A DNA stretch of 64,000 nt from an uncultured Anaeroplasmatales bacterium. Lineage in GTDB: Bacteria; Bacillota_I; Bacilli_A; Acholeplasmatales; JAEDCM01. Below, in pieces: positions 35,197 to 44,571 of the stretch (its first letter is position 1; the number at the start of each line of letters is the position of its first letter). Under the pieces are notes generated by a model. It did not search any database. It saw only the letters and a program-made list of their open reading frames with translations, and was not told the origin of the DNA. Location of the stretch: NCBI GenBank assembly GCA_964634685.1, contig CAZWLD010000001.1:22696-86695 (forward strand). Direction: 5' to 3'. A program made the translations under genes and the position numbers.

Positions 35197-36621
35197 ATGA
35201 AAAAATTTATCTTAGCTTTATTAGCAGTCTTAGCTTTACCTTTTGCCTTTAGCGGTGAAGTCGAAGCTAAGGAGGATGTTTTAAAAATTTATAACTGGGA
35301 AGATTACATTGATGAAGGTGATGAAAAAACTACTGCCTTAATTGATGATTGGGTAGAGGATTATAAAAAGCGTACGGGAAAAACCGTTACAGTTGTTTAT
35401 GATACCTTTGCGACAAATGAAATTATGATGAATACCTTAAAGACTGGAAAAACATCATATGATTTGGTTTGTCCTAGTGAATATACAATTATGCGTATGA
35501 TAAGTCAAGATATGCTTGAGACCTATGATGTTAATGAAGGTGAATATGCTAAAATTGCTAATTATAACAGCTATGGCTCTTTATATTTAAAGAATTTATT
35601 TAAAGATATGGATTTATATCAATATGCTATTCCATATATGTGGGGAACATTAGGAATGATTTATAATCCTGAAAAGATTAGCGAGGAAGCTGTTAATCAT
35701 TGGTCAGTATTATGGAATACAGAATATAAGAAAATGGCTACAGCAAAGGATTCAGTTCGTGATACGATGGTCGCAAGTGCTTATCATATTTATTATGATG
35801 AGGCTATGTCTTATCGTAGCTCTTACTTAGATGGAACGATGACAGCCCAACAATATAATGAGAAATTAACAAATTTGATGAATCGAACTAATGATGTTAC
35901 ATTAGACACAATGAAATCAGATTTATTAGCCTTAAAGAAAAATGTTTATGGCTTTGAGGTTGATAACGGAAAAAATGATATTGCGACAGGCCGTATTTCC
36001 ATTAATGTTGCTTGGAGCGGCGATGCTGTCTATGCTCTTGATGTGGCAGAAGAAGAGAATGGAACCTATTTGAACTACATTATTCCTGAGGAAGGAAGTA
36101 ATGTTTGGTTTGATGGTTGGGTTATGCCAAAAGGTGCAAACAAGGAATTAGCTCAGGATTTTGTTAATTATTTATGTCAACCAGAAAATGCCGCTCGTAA
36201 TATGAATTATATTGGCTATACTCCAAGTATCGCTGGAAATGCCATTTGGGATTTAGTAAATGAATGGTATGGCGCTGAAGAGGGTGAAGAGGGATATGAT
36301 GTTGATTTATCTTATTTCTTCAATGGAACGATTGATGAGGAATATTTAACTGACGGTAAAGCTATTATTACTGTTGGTGAAGTCGGTCGTCAATTTAGTG
36401 CTCAATATCCAACCGAAGAGGAAATTGCTCGCTGCTGTGTTATGCAAGATTTTGGTGATCAAAACGAAAAGGTTCTTGCAATGTGGAAGGCGGTAAAGGC
36501 CGGCGAAACTAATATGGCCGCAATTATTATCGTTTGTTCAGTTGTCGTGGCTGGTGTCGCTGGATATTTAATTTACACAAAAACAAAAAAATCCCGTCGC
36601 TTAAAGCATCGAAATAAATAG
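35197..36621 (+). CDS. potD: Spermidine/putrescine-binding protein with a type-I signal peptide and an unusual C-terminal TM anchor
   Basis: LKIYNWEDYI and PYMWGT..I.YN PotD-type motifs. N-terminus MKKFILALLAVLALPFAFSGEVEA has no lipobox. C-terminus AAIIIVCSVVVAGVAGYLIY then TKTKKSRRLKHRNK. Confidence 0.8.
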   Translation: MKKFILALLAVLALPFAFSGEVEAKEDVLKIYNWEDYIDEGDEKTTALIDDWVEDYKKRTGKTVTVVYDTFATNEIMMNTLKTGKTSYDLVCPSEYTIMRMISQDMLETYDVNEGEYAKIANYNSYGSLYLKNLFKDMDLYQYAIPYMWGTLGMIYNPEKISEEAVNHWSVLWNTEYKKMATAKDSVRDTMVASAYHIYYDEAMSYRSSYLDGTMTAQQYNEKLTNLMNRTNDVTLDTMKSDLLALKKNVYGFEVDNGKNDIATGRISINVAWSGDAVYALDVAEEENGTYLNYIIPEEGSNVWFDGWVMPKGANKELAQDFVNYLCQPENAARNMNYIGYTPSIAGNAIWDLVNEWYGAEEGEEGYDVDLSYFFNGTIDEEYLTDGKAIITVGEVGRQFSAQYPTEEEIARCCVMQDFGDQNEKVLAMWKAVKAGETNMAAIIIVCSVVVAGVAGYLIYTKTKKSRRLKHRNK

Positions 36622-36680
36622 TATAATTTTAAGTCTTCTTGCATATAGTTTATTGAAACGAATATCAAGGAGGCTTTTTT

Positions 36681-37157
36681 ATGCTTAAGAGAAATAAATT
36701 ATCGATATTTTTGGTTTTGGTGGTGATAGGCTTAACTATTTATTATGTGAAAACACCAACAAAGGCCGAAAAACCCACAGATGATACTACAACATCATCG
36801 GAAAGATATCCTTTATATGCCCAAAGTCGCTTAGAGGTTTTATCAGAAAGAAATGAAGAAATTGCTAAATATGAGACGACAATTGCCGAAGCATCATCAA
36901 CAAATGAAAAAAACGATGCCTATGAAAGGCTACAAGCTTTAACCAAATTAACCGAAAGAGAAGTTGGAGTAGAATATCATATTAAGGGCTTAGGCTATAC
37001 CGATTGCTTTGTCCACACTTCGGGAAACAGAATAAAGGTGAATGTCCTATCAAATAATTTTAGTGTTGAGGATTTTGTTGAGGTGGCCCTTTTGGTTAAA
37101 GGGGAATTCGGTAATGATTACCAGGTTATCGTCAATGTCGATACACCTAGTAACTGA
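36681..37157 (+). CDS. spoIIIAH: Stage III sporulation protein AH-like (SpoIIIAH/YscJ-fold family)
   Basis: N-terminal anchor MLKRNKLSIFLVLVVIGLTIYYV. Central and C-terminal pattern SRLEV.SERNEE...AYERLQALTKLTEREV..E..IKGLGYTDCFV...GNRIKVNV parallels B. subtilis SpoIIIAH as I recall it. Same position upstream of nusB as in Bacillus. Confidence 0.55.
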   Translation: MLKRNKLSIFLVLVVIGLTIYYVKTPTKAEKPTDDTTTSSERYPLYAQSRLEVLSERNEEIAKYETTIAEASSTNEKNDAYERLQALTKLTEREVGVEYHIKGLGYTDCFVHTSGNRIKVNVLSNNFSVEDFVEVALLVKGEFGNDYQVIVNVDTPSN

Positions 37158-37161
37158 AAAC

Positions 37162-37185
37162 GCTAGAAATTTCTAGCTTTTTTTT
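37162..37185 (+). terminator. Rho-independent terminator
   Basis: Palindrome GCTAGA-AATT-TCTAGC followed by T8. Confidence 0.8.
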
Positions 37186-37257
37186 CTTCCTACTTTTATT
37201 TAGTATTTGATTATGATAAAATATTTATGATAATGTAAAAAAAGTAGGTATTAAAAT

Positions 37258-37656
37258 ATGGACTTAAAAGGAAAAAGAAATTCACGTATTCGTGCTATTC
37301 AAACATTATATAATATTGAATTATTAGATTCAACGGTAGAGGAGGCGCTAGCTGATGCTTCTAGTGTTGTCGATGATGATGCGAAGGATCTTGTTGTATC
37401 AGTTATGAATGCTCAACCTCGAATTGATGAGATTATTTCAAGCTCGCTAACAAATTATTCAATAGATCGATTAAGCTATGTTGATCGTGCCATTATTCGG
37501 GTCGCAACCTTTGAAATGTTAAATGGTTTATCGCCAAATATCGCAATTAATGAAGCTTTAGAGATTACAAAGGTCTTTTCGGATTGTGGCGATGGCAAAG
37601 CGAGAGCCTTCAATAATAAGTTGTTAGATACGATTTCAAAAGCAATAGGTGATTAA
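37258..37656 (+). CDS. nusB: Transcription antitermination factor NusB
   Basis: R.R.RAIQTLYNIEL..., DRLS.VDRAIIRVATFEM, INEALEITK.F. 132 aa. Synteny with xseA. Confidence 0.88.
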   Translation: MDLKGKRNSRIRAIQTLYNIELLDSTVEEALADASSVVDDDAKDLVVSVMNAQPRIDEIISSSLTNYSIDRLSYVDRAIIRVATFEMLNGLSPNIAINEALEITKVFSDCGDGKARAFNNKLLDTISKAIGD

Positions 37657-39001
37657 TTTGGACAAGGTTTATTTAACAGTAACTGCATTAACTAAATACA
37701 TAAAATTTAAATTTGACCATGATGTGCATTTAAACCATGTGTTGCTTAAAGGAGAAATATCAAATTTTAAGCATCATTCACGTGGTCATTTTTACTTTAC
37801 AATCAAGGATGAATTTGCTCAGATTACGGCGGTGATGTTTGCCTCCTATGCAAAGAATGTAAAGTTTGAGCCGGTTGAAGGGCAAAAGGTTTTAGTCGAG
37901 GGCCGGGTTTTGGTTTATGAAGCTAACGGAAATTACCAAATAAATGTTGAAAAGCTCGAGGCTGATGGCATTGGATCCTTATATTTAGCTTATGAGCAAC
38001 TAAAAAAAGAACTACAGGAAAAAGGATTATTCAATCCCGAGCACAAAAAACCAATTCCTCGTTTTCCCAAGGCAATTGGCGTTGTGACTAGTAAAACCGG
38101 AGCGGCCGTAAGAGATATTATCAATACGATTAACAGAAGATATCCTTATACTATGGTTTATATTTATCCTTGTTTAGTTCAGGGTGAAAATGCTAAAGAG
38201 GATATCGTAAGACAAATTGAAAAGGCTAATCGGGAGAAATTAGTTGATGTTTTGATTGTTGGTCGTGGTGGAGGTTCAATTGAGGATTTATGGGCCTTCA
38301 ATGAAAAAATTGTTGCGTATGCTATATATAATTCGGAAATACCGATTATTTCGGGTGTTGGCCATGAAATTGATTTTACAATTGCCGACTTTGTGGCCGA
38401 TTTAAGGGCACCAACCCCAACGGCGGCGGCCGAGCTAGCAACCCCCGATCGAAGAAAGGTTTTAGAATACATTACTCAATTAGCCCATTCCTTATCAAAG
38501 GATATTGATAAAATCCTTGAAGGCTATAAGATGAAGCTTCTAAATTTAGATGAAAGACTCGAAAATCGCAATCCTTTGGTGATTTTATCGAATTATCAAA
38601 AAAGCTTTCTTGATTTATTTAATCGCTTAAATAATGCGATGAGGATGACAATTGAACGATATGATAATGGAATTAGCTTATTAAATAAATCGTTAGCTTT
38701 TTATGAGCCTTTAGAAAAAATAAAGCAATATGATATAGCTTTAGCTAATAATTTATCTTTATTAAAGCATAGCTTTGAAAAGATTTATACCAAGAATAAA
38801 AATGATTATTTGGTTTTGATTAGTAAATTAGAAGCCTTAAATCCCTTATCCTTGATGAAAAAGGGCTATAGTATCGCCTATGTAAAGGATAAGGTAATAA
38901 CAAAGGTTTCGGATGTAAATATAAATGATGAGCTTGATTTAAAGGTTACTGATGGTGAGATTTTATGTCAAGTTATAGGAGGAAAACAAAATGGAAATTG
39001 A
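37649..39001 (+). CDS. xseA: Exodeoxyribonuclease VII large subunit
   Basis: GTG start overlapping the nusB end. OB-fold N-terminus LTVTALTKYIK..F......V.LKGEISNFK.HSRGHFYFTIKDE. GVVTS.TGAAVRDI. GRGGGSIEDLW.FN. Confidence 0.9.
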   Translation: MINLDKVYLTVTALTKYIKFKFDHDVHLNHVLLKGEISNFKHHSRGHFYFTIKDEFAQITAVMFASYAKNVKFEPVEGQKVLVEGRVLVYEANGNYQINVEKLEADGIGSLYLAYEQLKKELQEKGLFNPEHKKPIPRFPKAIGVVTSKTGAAVRDIINTINRRYPYTMVYIYPCLVQGENAKEDIVRQIEKANREKLVDVLIVGRGGGSIEDLWAFNEKIVAYAIYNSEIPIISGVGHEIDFTIADFVADLRAPTPTAAAELATPDRRKVLEYITQLAHSLSKDIDKILEGYKMKLLNLDERLENRNPLVILSNYQKSFLDLFNRLNNAMRMTIERYDNGISLLNKSLAFYEPLEKIKQYDIALANNLSLLKHSFEKIYTKNKNDYLVLISKLEALNPLSLMKKGYSIAYVKDKVITKVSDVNINDELDLKVTDGEILCQVIGGKQNGN

Positions 39002-39197
39002 TTTTGAAGAGGCTTTAAAGCAATTAGAGGAAATTGTAAAAAGCTTAGAAAGTAAAGATATTAAATTAAATGAGGCTGTCGAAAAATATAATAAGGGACT
39101 AGAGCTTTCAAAGTTTTGTTATAACACCCTTCGCGACGCCGAGAAATTGATTGTTAAAAATGCCGATAATATGGAAGATTTTAAAGTAGAGGGATAA
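38991..39197 (+). CDS. xseB: Exodeoxyribonuclease VII small subunit
   Basis: 68 aa. FEEALKQLEEIV..LE......L.EAV..Y..G..L...C. Overlaps the xseA end. Confidence 0.88.
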   Translation: MEIDFEEALKQLEEIVKSLESKDIKLNEAVEKYNKGLELSKFCYNTLRDAEKLIVKNADNMEDFKVEG

Positions 39198-39198
39198 A

Positions 39199-41055
39199 AT
39201 GTTTAATTTAGAAGATATTAAGGATCCAACCTTTTTGAAAAAATTAAAGAAGAAGGAATTAGAAATTTTAGCTGATGAAATTCGGTCTTTTTTGATTGAA
39301 AAAATTTCTAAAACGGGTGGTCATTTAGCTTCTAATTTAGGAATTGTTGAATTAACAATTGCCCTTCATACGGTTTTTGATAGTCCCCATGATAAGATTG
39401 TCTTTGATGTTGGGCATCAGGTATACACCCATAAAATTTTAACGGGAAGAGCCAATAAATTTGATACCCTCCGCAAAATTGATGGACTATCAGGCTTTAT
39501 ATCAAGAGAAGAAAGCGAGCATGATTGCTTCGAAACTGGTCATTCCGGCGAATCCTTATCGGCAATGGCGGGTTTTTTAAGAGCTAAAAAGGATGGCGCC
39601 GATATTGGCGAATGTATCGCTGTTATTGGTGATTCCTCAATTGCTTCTGGTATTCCTTTTGAGGCCTTGAATTATTTAGGAGCCTTAAAGGAAGAGCATC
39701 CGATTATTGTCATTAATGATAATAAAATGGGAATATCGAAATCAGTTGGAGCTTTATCGAGCCTCTTAACTCGAATCAGAGGAATGGGCTTTGCCATTAA
39801 AATGAAAAAGATTGTTTATCGAATTTTGCCACAATGTATCATTAATTTCTTTCGAAAGATTTTTCGAGGTATTAAGGCTTTTGTCCAAAATGATAATATT
39901 TTCGAGGATTTAGGATTTAGGTATATGGGTCCGGTTGATGGAAATGATATTCATTCCGTTATTAAAATATTAACAAGGGCTAAGGAATGTCGGGTCCCTT
40001 GTGTTGTTCATGTGATAACCGAGAAGGGAAAAGGCTACAAACAAGCTGAGGAGGACGTTTATGGCGATTATCACGGCGTTCCACCTTTTGATGTAAATAC
40101 GGGATTACCGCTCAAGCCTGCCAGTGAAAACAGTCATTCCTGGAGTAAGGTTATCAGTGAATCGGTTTTAAAGCTTGAAAAAGAATTTAATATTGATGTC
40201 ATTGTCCCAGCGATGATTGGTGGATCAAAATTAGGAAAGTTTAAAACCATGTATCCGGATAAAATAATTGATGTTGGGATTGCCGAGGAGCATGCGACGA
40301 CGATGGCTAGTAGTCTCGCACTGTCGGGTGTCAATGTCTTTTTACCAATTTATTCGACCTTTGCCCAACGCGCCTATGATCAAATAAATAATGATATTTG
40401 TCGTCATAATGCTCATGTCGTGATTGGCATTGACCGAGCCGGAATTGTTGGGGAGGATGGTGCGACTCATCAAGGAATTTTTGATGTGGCCTATTTAAGT
40501 CACATTCCCAATATTGTTATTACAATGCCTTCAACACCAGATGAAGCCTTTGCCTTAGTAAAATATGGCTTTGTTCAGAAAAATCCTTTTGTAATCCGTT
40601 ATCCTCGTGGAACTATGCTTACTGATTTAACCTTTAGCGGGGCTTTAGAAATTGAAAATCCATCGTGGGTTAGATTACAAAATGGAAACAAAATTATCAT
40701 TATCTCCTATGGACCTAATGTTAAAATGATTGAGCAATTATGTTTGGAAAACAAGATTAGCGCTACCATCGTCAATGCTCGCTTTATTAAACCACTAGAT
40801 ACAAAAATGCTTGATGAATTAGTCAAGCTCAAGCTCCCATTTTTGATTTATGAAGAGGTAGTCAAGGAAGGAAGCTTAGCCTCGATGATTTTACTTTATT
40901 TTGCTAAGATGCATTATAATTGCTTTGTCGATGTGATGGATTTGCCTTGTGATTATATCAAGCATGGAGATATTAAATCAATCAAGGAAAGATTAGAAAT
41001 GGATCCCTTGTCGATTCGAAAAAGAATTGAGTTGATTATTAATGAGAATAGATAA
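39199..41055 (+). CDS. dxs: 1-deoxy-D-xylulose-5-phosphate synthase
   Basis: GGHLASNLGIVELTIALH, VFDVGHQ.Y.HKILTGR, thiamine-diphosphate motif region, IAEEHA. 618 aa. Confidence 0.92.
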   Translation: MFNLEDIKDPTFLKKLKKKELEILADEIRSFLIEKISKTGGHLASNLGIVELTIALHTVFDSPHDKIVFDVGHQVYTHKILTGRANKFDTLRKIDGLSGFISREESEHDCFETGHSGESLSAMAGFLRAKKDGADIGECIAVIGDSSIASGIPFEALNYLGALKEEHPIIVINDNKMGISKSVGALSSLLTRIRGMGFAIKMKKIVYRILPQCIINFFRKIFRGIKAFVQNDNIFEDLGFRYMGPVDGNDIHSVIKILTRAKECRVPCVVHVITEKGKGYKQAEEDVYGDYHGVPPFDVNTGLPLKPASENSHSWSKVISESVLKLEKEFNIDVIVPAMIGGSKLGKFKTMYPDKIIDVGIAEEHATTMASSLALSGVNVFLPIYSTFAQRAYDQINNDICRHNAHVVIGIDRAGIVGEDGATHQGIFDVAYLSHIPNIVITMPSTPDEAFALVKYGFVQKNPFVIRYPRGTMLTDLTFSGALEIENPSWVRLQNGNKIIIISYGPNVKMIEQLCLENKISATIVNARFIKPLDTKMLDELVKLKLPFLIYEEVVKEGSLASMILLYFAKMHYNCFVDVMDLPCDYIKHGDIKSIKERLEMDPLSIRKRIELIINENR

Positions 41056-41815
41056 AAAATTGGTTGAGGATGGTTTTTTTAAAACCCGAACCAAAGCTCA
41101 AGAAGCCATTTCAAAAGGCTTTGTTTTGGTTGATGGTAAAGTTATCACACAAGCAAGCTTTGACGTCTCTTTGGGCGAAATTACGGTTTTAGAGGACGCA
41201 ATTAGGTATGTTAGTAGAGGTGGCTATAAGCTTGAAAAGGCCATTGAAGCCTTTGGCTTAGATTTTAATGGAAAAACGGTTGTGGATATTGGGGCATCAA
41301 CCGGCGGCTTTACTGATTGTGCTTTGAAGCATGGGGCCAAATTGGTTTATGCGATTGACGTCGGAACTATGCAATTAGATGCTTCACTTCGCCAGGATAA
41401 ACGTGTTATTTCTTTAGAAAACACCAATTTTTTGGATGTCAAGGATGAATTCTTTAATGATTATTTTGTGATGGATGTCTCATTTATATCTATTACTAAG
41501 CTTCTTCCTAAAATCAAAGAAATGCTAAAGGGAAGAACACTAGTTACCTTGATAAAGCCGCAATTTGAAGCGGGAAGGATAAATTTTAAAAATGGCGTTT
41601 TACATGACAGAAAGAAACATGAAGTGATTATAAAGGAAATATTAGATTTTTCATCATCAATTGGCCTTGTTCTTCGGGGAATTACCTTTAGTCCAATCAA
41701 AGGAAAAAGCGGTAATATTGAATATTTGGCCTATTTTAAGGATGAGGGAAAAGCCTTAAGTGTAGATATCAAGCGCTTAGTATGTGATGCTTTTAATGGA
41801 GTGATGGAATGTTAA
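41042..41815 (+). CDS. tlyA: TlyA-family rRNA 2'-O-methyltransferase (S4 plus FtsJ domains)
   Basis: S4-like N-terminus RIDK.LVE.GF..TR.KAQ..I..G.V.V.G. SAM motif DIGASTGGFTDC. Overlaps the dxs end. Confidence 0.85.
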   Translation: MRIDKKLVEDGFFKTRTKAQEAISKGFVLVDGKVITQASFDVSLGEITVLEDAIRYVSRGGYKLEKAIEAFGLDFNGKTVVDIGASTGGFTDCALKHGAKLVYAIDVGTMQLDASLRQDKRVISLENTNFLDVKDEFFNDYFVMDVSFISITKLLPKIKEMLKGRTLVTLIKPQFEAGRINFKNGVLHDRKKHEVIIKEILDFSSSIGLVLRGITFSPIKGKSGNIEYLAYFKDEGKALSVDIKRLVCDAFNGVMEC

Positions 41816-43473
41816 AGGAACTAACAATTAAAAATTTTGCCATTATTGAGGATATTACGATTTTCTTTGATGATGGAATGACGGCTTTGACAGGACAAAC
41901 GGGAGCCGGAAAATCCTTGATTATTGATTCAATAGGTCTTTTATTAGGCGAAAGAGCCGATGGTGATATGATTCGCTATGGCTCAAAAAAAGCCTCAATT
42001 AAGGGTGTGTTTGAGGTCACAAATGATAATGCAAGGAAGATATTAGACCAATATGATATTATGGGTTCAGAAATAACCATTTATCGTGAGATTAATGATA
42101 ATTCTAAAAATGTTATTAGGGTTAATGAAAAAAGCATCACCCTAAATCAGCTTAAAGCAATTGGGTTAGCCTTAGCAGATATCCATGTTCAGCATGATAC
42201 CTTTAGGCTTATTAATCCGGATACCTATATTGATTTATTGGATCATTATGGTGATTCAAGGCTTTTTGAAGCCTTCAATGATTATCAATATTATCTATCA
42301 ATTTATAAGGATTCTTTAAAAAAGTATCAAGAGATATTAATGAAAAATAAGAATTTAAATGATAAAATTGATTTGCTTAAATTTCAGTATGAAGAAATTG
42401 GTGCTCTTGATTTAAAGGCTAATGAATTAAAAAACCTTGAGGAAGAAATCAATAAGATGGCAAATTATGATAAAATTTACCATAACCTAAATCAAGCTTA
42501 TGAATTTATTTCAAATGTTGATAATATTTATGAAGCCTACCAAGCCTTAAATAAAATTAAGGAATATGATTCCTTCTATGATGAAGCTTCTTTGAAATTA
42601 TCGGGCTTCTTTTACGAAATCGAAGATATTAGAGGTGAAATCAATAATCAGATTTCTAATCTTGATTTTGATCCGCAAGAGCTAGATTTAATGAATCAGC
42701 GCTACAATGATATAAGCAATTTACTAAAAAAATACAAAATGACCGATGATGAATTGTTAGCCTATTATCAAAAAATCAAAGAAGAAATAATGTTAACGGA
42801 GAATTATGATGAATATTTAAATGAGGTCAAGGAAAAACTAATTTCGGATTACAATGCTTTAATTAAAAAGGGCGAACTTTTAACTGAGCTCCGCAAAAAA
42901 ACCGCTTTAAAGCTTTCTTCTGATTTAATTAAGGAATGCACTGATCTTGATTTAGAAAATATGGATTTTGAGGTTAGCTTCAAGGAAACAATAGGCCGCA
43001 ATGATTTTTCCAAGGACACATTTAATGATAATGGAATTGACAAGATTGATTTTTTGATTACGTTAAATAAGGGTGAGCCCAAAAAGCCATTATCTAAGGT
43101 TGCGTCGGGCGGAGAATTATCGCGTATTATGCTAGCCTTTAAGTCGATATTTGCGAAGATTCAAAAATTGTCATTGATTGTTTTTGATGAAATTGATTCC
43201 GGTATTAGTGGTGTTGCGGCAGCCAAAATGGCCCAAAAAATTTATCAAATTAGTAAATTTACCCAGGTACTTTGTATTACCCATTTACCACATGTGGCCT
43301 CAATTGCTGATTATCACATTCATATTTACAAAATTGAAAGTGACAATCGAACAAAAACGGATATTAAAAAGCTGTCCGATGATGATCGAATTAAGGAAAT
43401 TGCGATGATGATTAGTGGAAATAAGCTCACACCATCATCACTATTAAATGCTAAAGAATTACTGAAAAAATAG
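41809..43473 (+). CDS. recN: DNA repair protein RecN
   Basis: MLKELTIKNFAIIE, Walker A GQTGAGKS, coiled-coil middle, signature ASGGELSRIMLA, Walker B LIVFDEIDSGISG. Confidence 0.92.
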   Translation: MLKELTIKNFAIIEDITIFFDDGMTALTGQTGAGKSLIIDSIGLLLGERADGDMIRYGSKKASIKGVFEVTNDNARKILDQYDIMGSEITIYREINDNSKNVIRVNEKSITLNQLKAIGLALADIHVQHDTFRLINPDTYIDLLDHYGDSRLFEAFNDYQYYLSIYKDSLKKYQEILMKNKNLNDKIDLLKFQYEEIGALDLKANELKNLEEEINKMANYDKIYHNLNQAYEFISNVDNIYEAYQALNKIKEYDSFYDEASLKLSGFFYEIEDIRGEINNQISNLDFDPQELDLMNQRYNDISNLLKKYKMTDDELLAYYQKIKEEIMLTENYDEYLNEVKEKLISDYNALIKKGELLTELRKKTALKLSSDLIKECTDLDLENMDFEVSFKETIGRNDFSKDTFNDNGIDKIDFLITLNKGEPKKPLSKVASGGELSRIMLAFKSIFAKIQKLSLIVFDEIDSGISGVAAAKMAQKIYQISKFTQVLCITHLPHVASIADYHIHIYKIESDNRTKTDIKKLSDDDRIKEIAMMISGNKLTPSSLLNAKELLKK

Positions 43474-43502
43474 TATTCCAAAATAATGGAATGCTTTTTT
43501 TT
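43473..43502 (+). terminator. Rho-independent terminator after recN
   Basis: Stem GTATTCCA / TGGAATGC, loop AAATAA, then T8. Confidence 0.75.
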
Positions 43503-43550
43503 ATCGTTTAAGTAAATAATATATTTGTAGCAAAGAAAGGAGGTTAAATT

Positions 43551-44552
43551 ATTAAAAAAATAATAATAGCTATTGCTTTAATATTTTCGTTTTTTTTAAC
43601 CTATGATATTAGTGCCTTAAATATAAGTAGTGATGAACCTATTTATGTTTCTGGTGAAACCATAGGAATAAAAATGAATACCGGTGTTGAGGTTTTAGGA
43701 ACCTATTCAATTAAGGTAAAGGGTAAAACCTACAGTCCCTGGCATGATGCGGGAATTAAGGTTGGCGATAAAATAATTATGGCCGATAACCAGGAAGTAA
43801 AGAGCTTATCGGATTTGCTAGATGTTTTAAAGAATTGTAATAATAAATCCTTTCCAATCGTTTATGTTCATAATAATGAGGAAATTATGAAAATGATAAA
43901 GCCAGTTTTAAAGGAGGATGGAAGCTATTCTTTAGGAATCTATGTTAAGGATAAGATAGTTGGGGTCGGCACCTTAACTTATATTATTCCCACGCATAAT
44001 ATTTATGGAGCCTTAGGACATAGTATATCGGATAATTGTACCTTTATTGAGGGCGTAATTAGCCATGCCAATGTTGTGGATATAAAAAAAGCTACCGAAA
44101 ACAATGTTGGTGAAAAAAGGGCGACTATCGATGATATGGAAATTGGAGATATCGTCAAAAATACCGAAACCGGAATTCACGGAAAGGTATCATCAATCGA
44201 CCAATTTAATTCCTTAAGAAGATATAAAATTGGTAAAAGAGATACCGTAAAAAAAGGGAGTGCCAGTATTCTAACAACAATTGATGGTAAAAATATTGAG
44301 GAATTTAGTATTGAAATAGTTGGAATCGAAAAACAAGATAAAAAGGATATTAAGGGATTAAAAATTAAGATTACTGATGAAAGGCTACTTGACAAAACCG
44401 GAGGAATAGTTCAAGGAATGAGTGGGAGTCCCATTATTCAAAATGGAAATATTATTGGGGCCTTAACCCACGTTTTAGTTTCAAATCCGGATATGGGATA
44501 TGGAATCTATATTGAGTGGATGCTTCTAGATATGGATATTCATCTCGAATAG
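43551..44552 (+). CDS. spoIVB: SpoIVB signalling serine peptidase (S55), with a proposed non-canonical ATT start
   Basis: PDZ-like region (GIKVGDKII..DN..V.S..DL) and peptidase region (GIVQGMSGSPIIQNG.IIGALTHV). The frame is open from the in-frame TAA at 43545. The signal anchor IKKIIIAIALIFSFFLTY and the conserved VSGETIGIKM.TGVEVLG lie upstream of the first ATG (43674). No ATG, GTG or TTG occurs in between. SD AAAGGAGG ends at 43543, 7 nt before ATT 43551. Confidence 0.7.
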   Translation: MKKIIIAIALIFSFFLTYDISALNISSDEPIYVSGETIGIKMNTGVEVLGTYSIKVKGKTYSPWHDAGIKVGDKIIMADNQEVKSLSDLLDVLKNCNNKSFPIVYVHNNEEIMKMIKPVLKEDGSYSLGIYVKDKIVGVGTLTYIIPTHNIYGALGHSISDNCTFIEGVISHANVVDIKKATENNVGEKRATIDDMEIGDIVKNTETGIHGKVSSIDQFNSLRRYKIGKRDTVKKGSASILTTIDGKNIEEFSIEIVGIEKQDKKDIKGLKIKITDERLLDKTGGIVQGMSGSPIIQNGNIIGALTHVLVSNPDMGYGIYIEWMLLDMDIHLE

Positions 44553-44554
44553 AT

Positions 44555-44571
44555 TTCGACATAATTCGACA
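44555..44571. promoter_or_regulatory. Two perfect Spo0A-box heptamers (TTCGACA) spaced 10 bp apart upstream of spo0A
   Basis: TTCGACA at 44555-44561 and 44565-44571, the reverse complement of the 0A-box TGTCGAA. A third 6/7 box, TGTCGAT, lies at 44619-44625. Confidence 0.6.
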
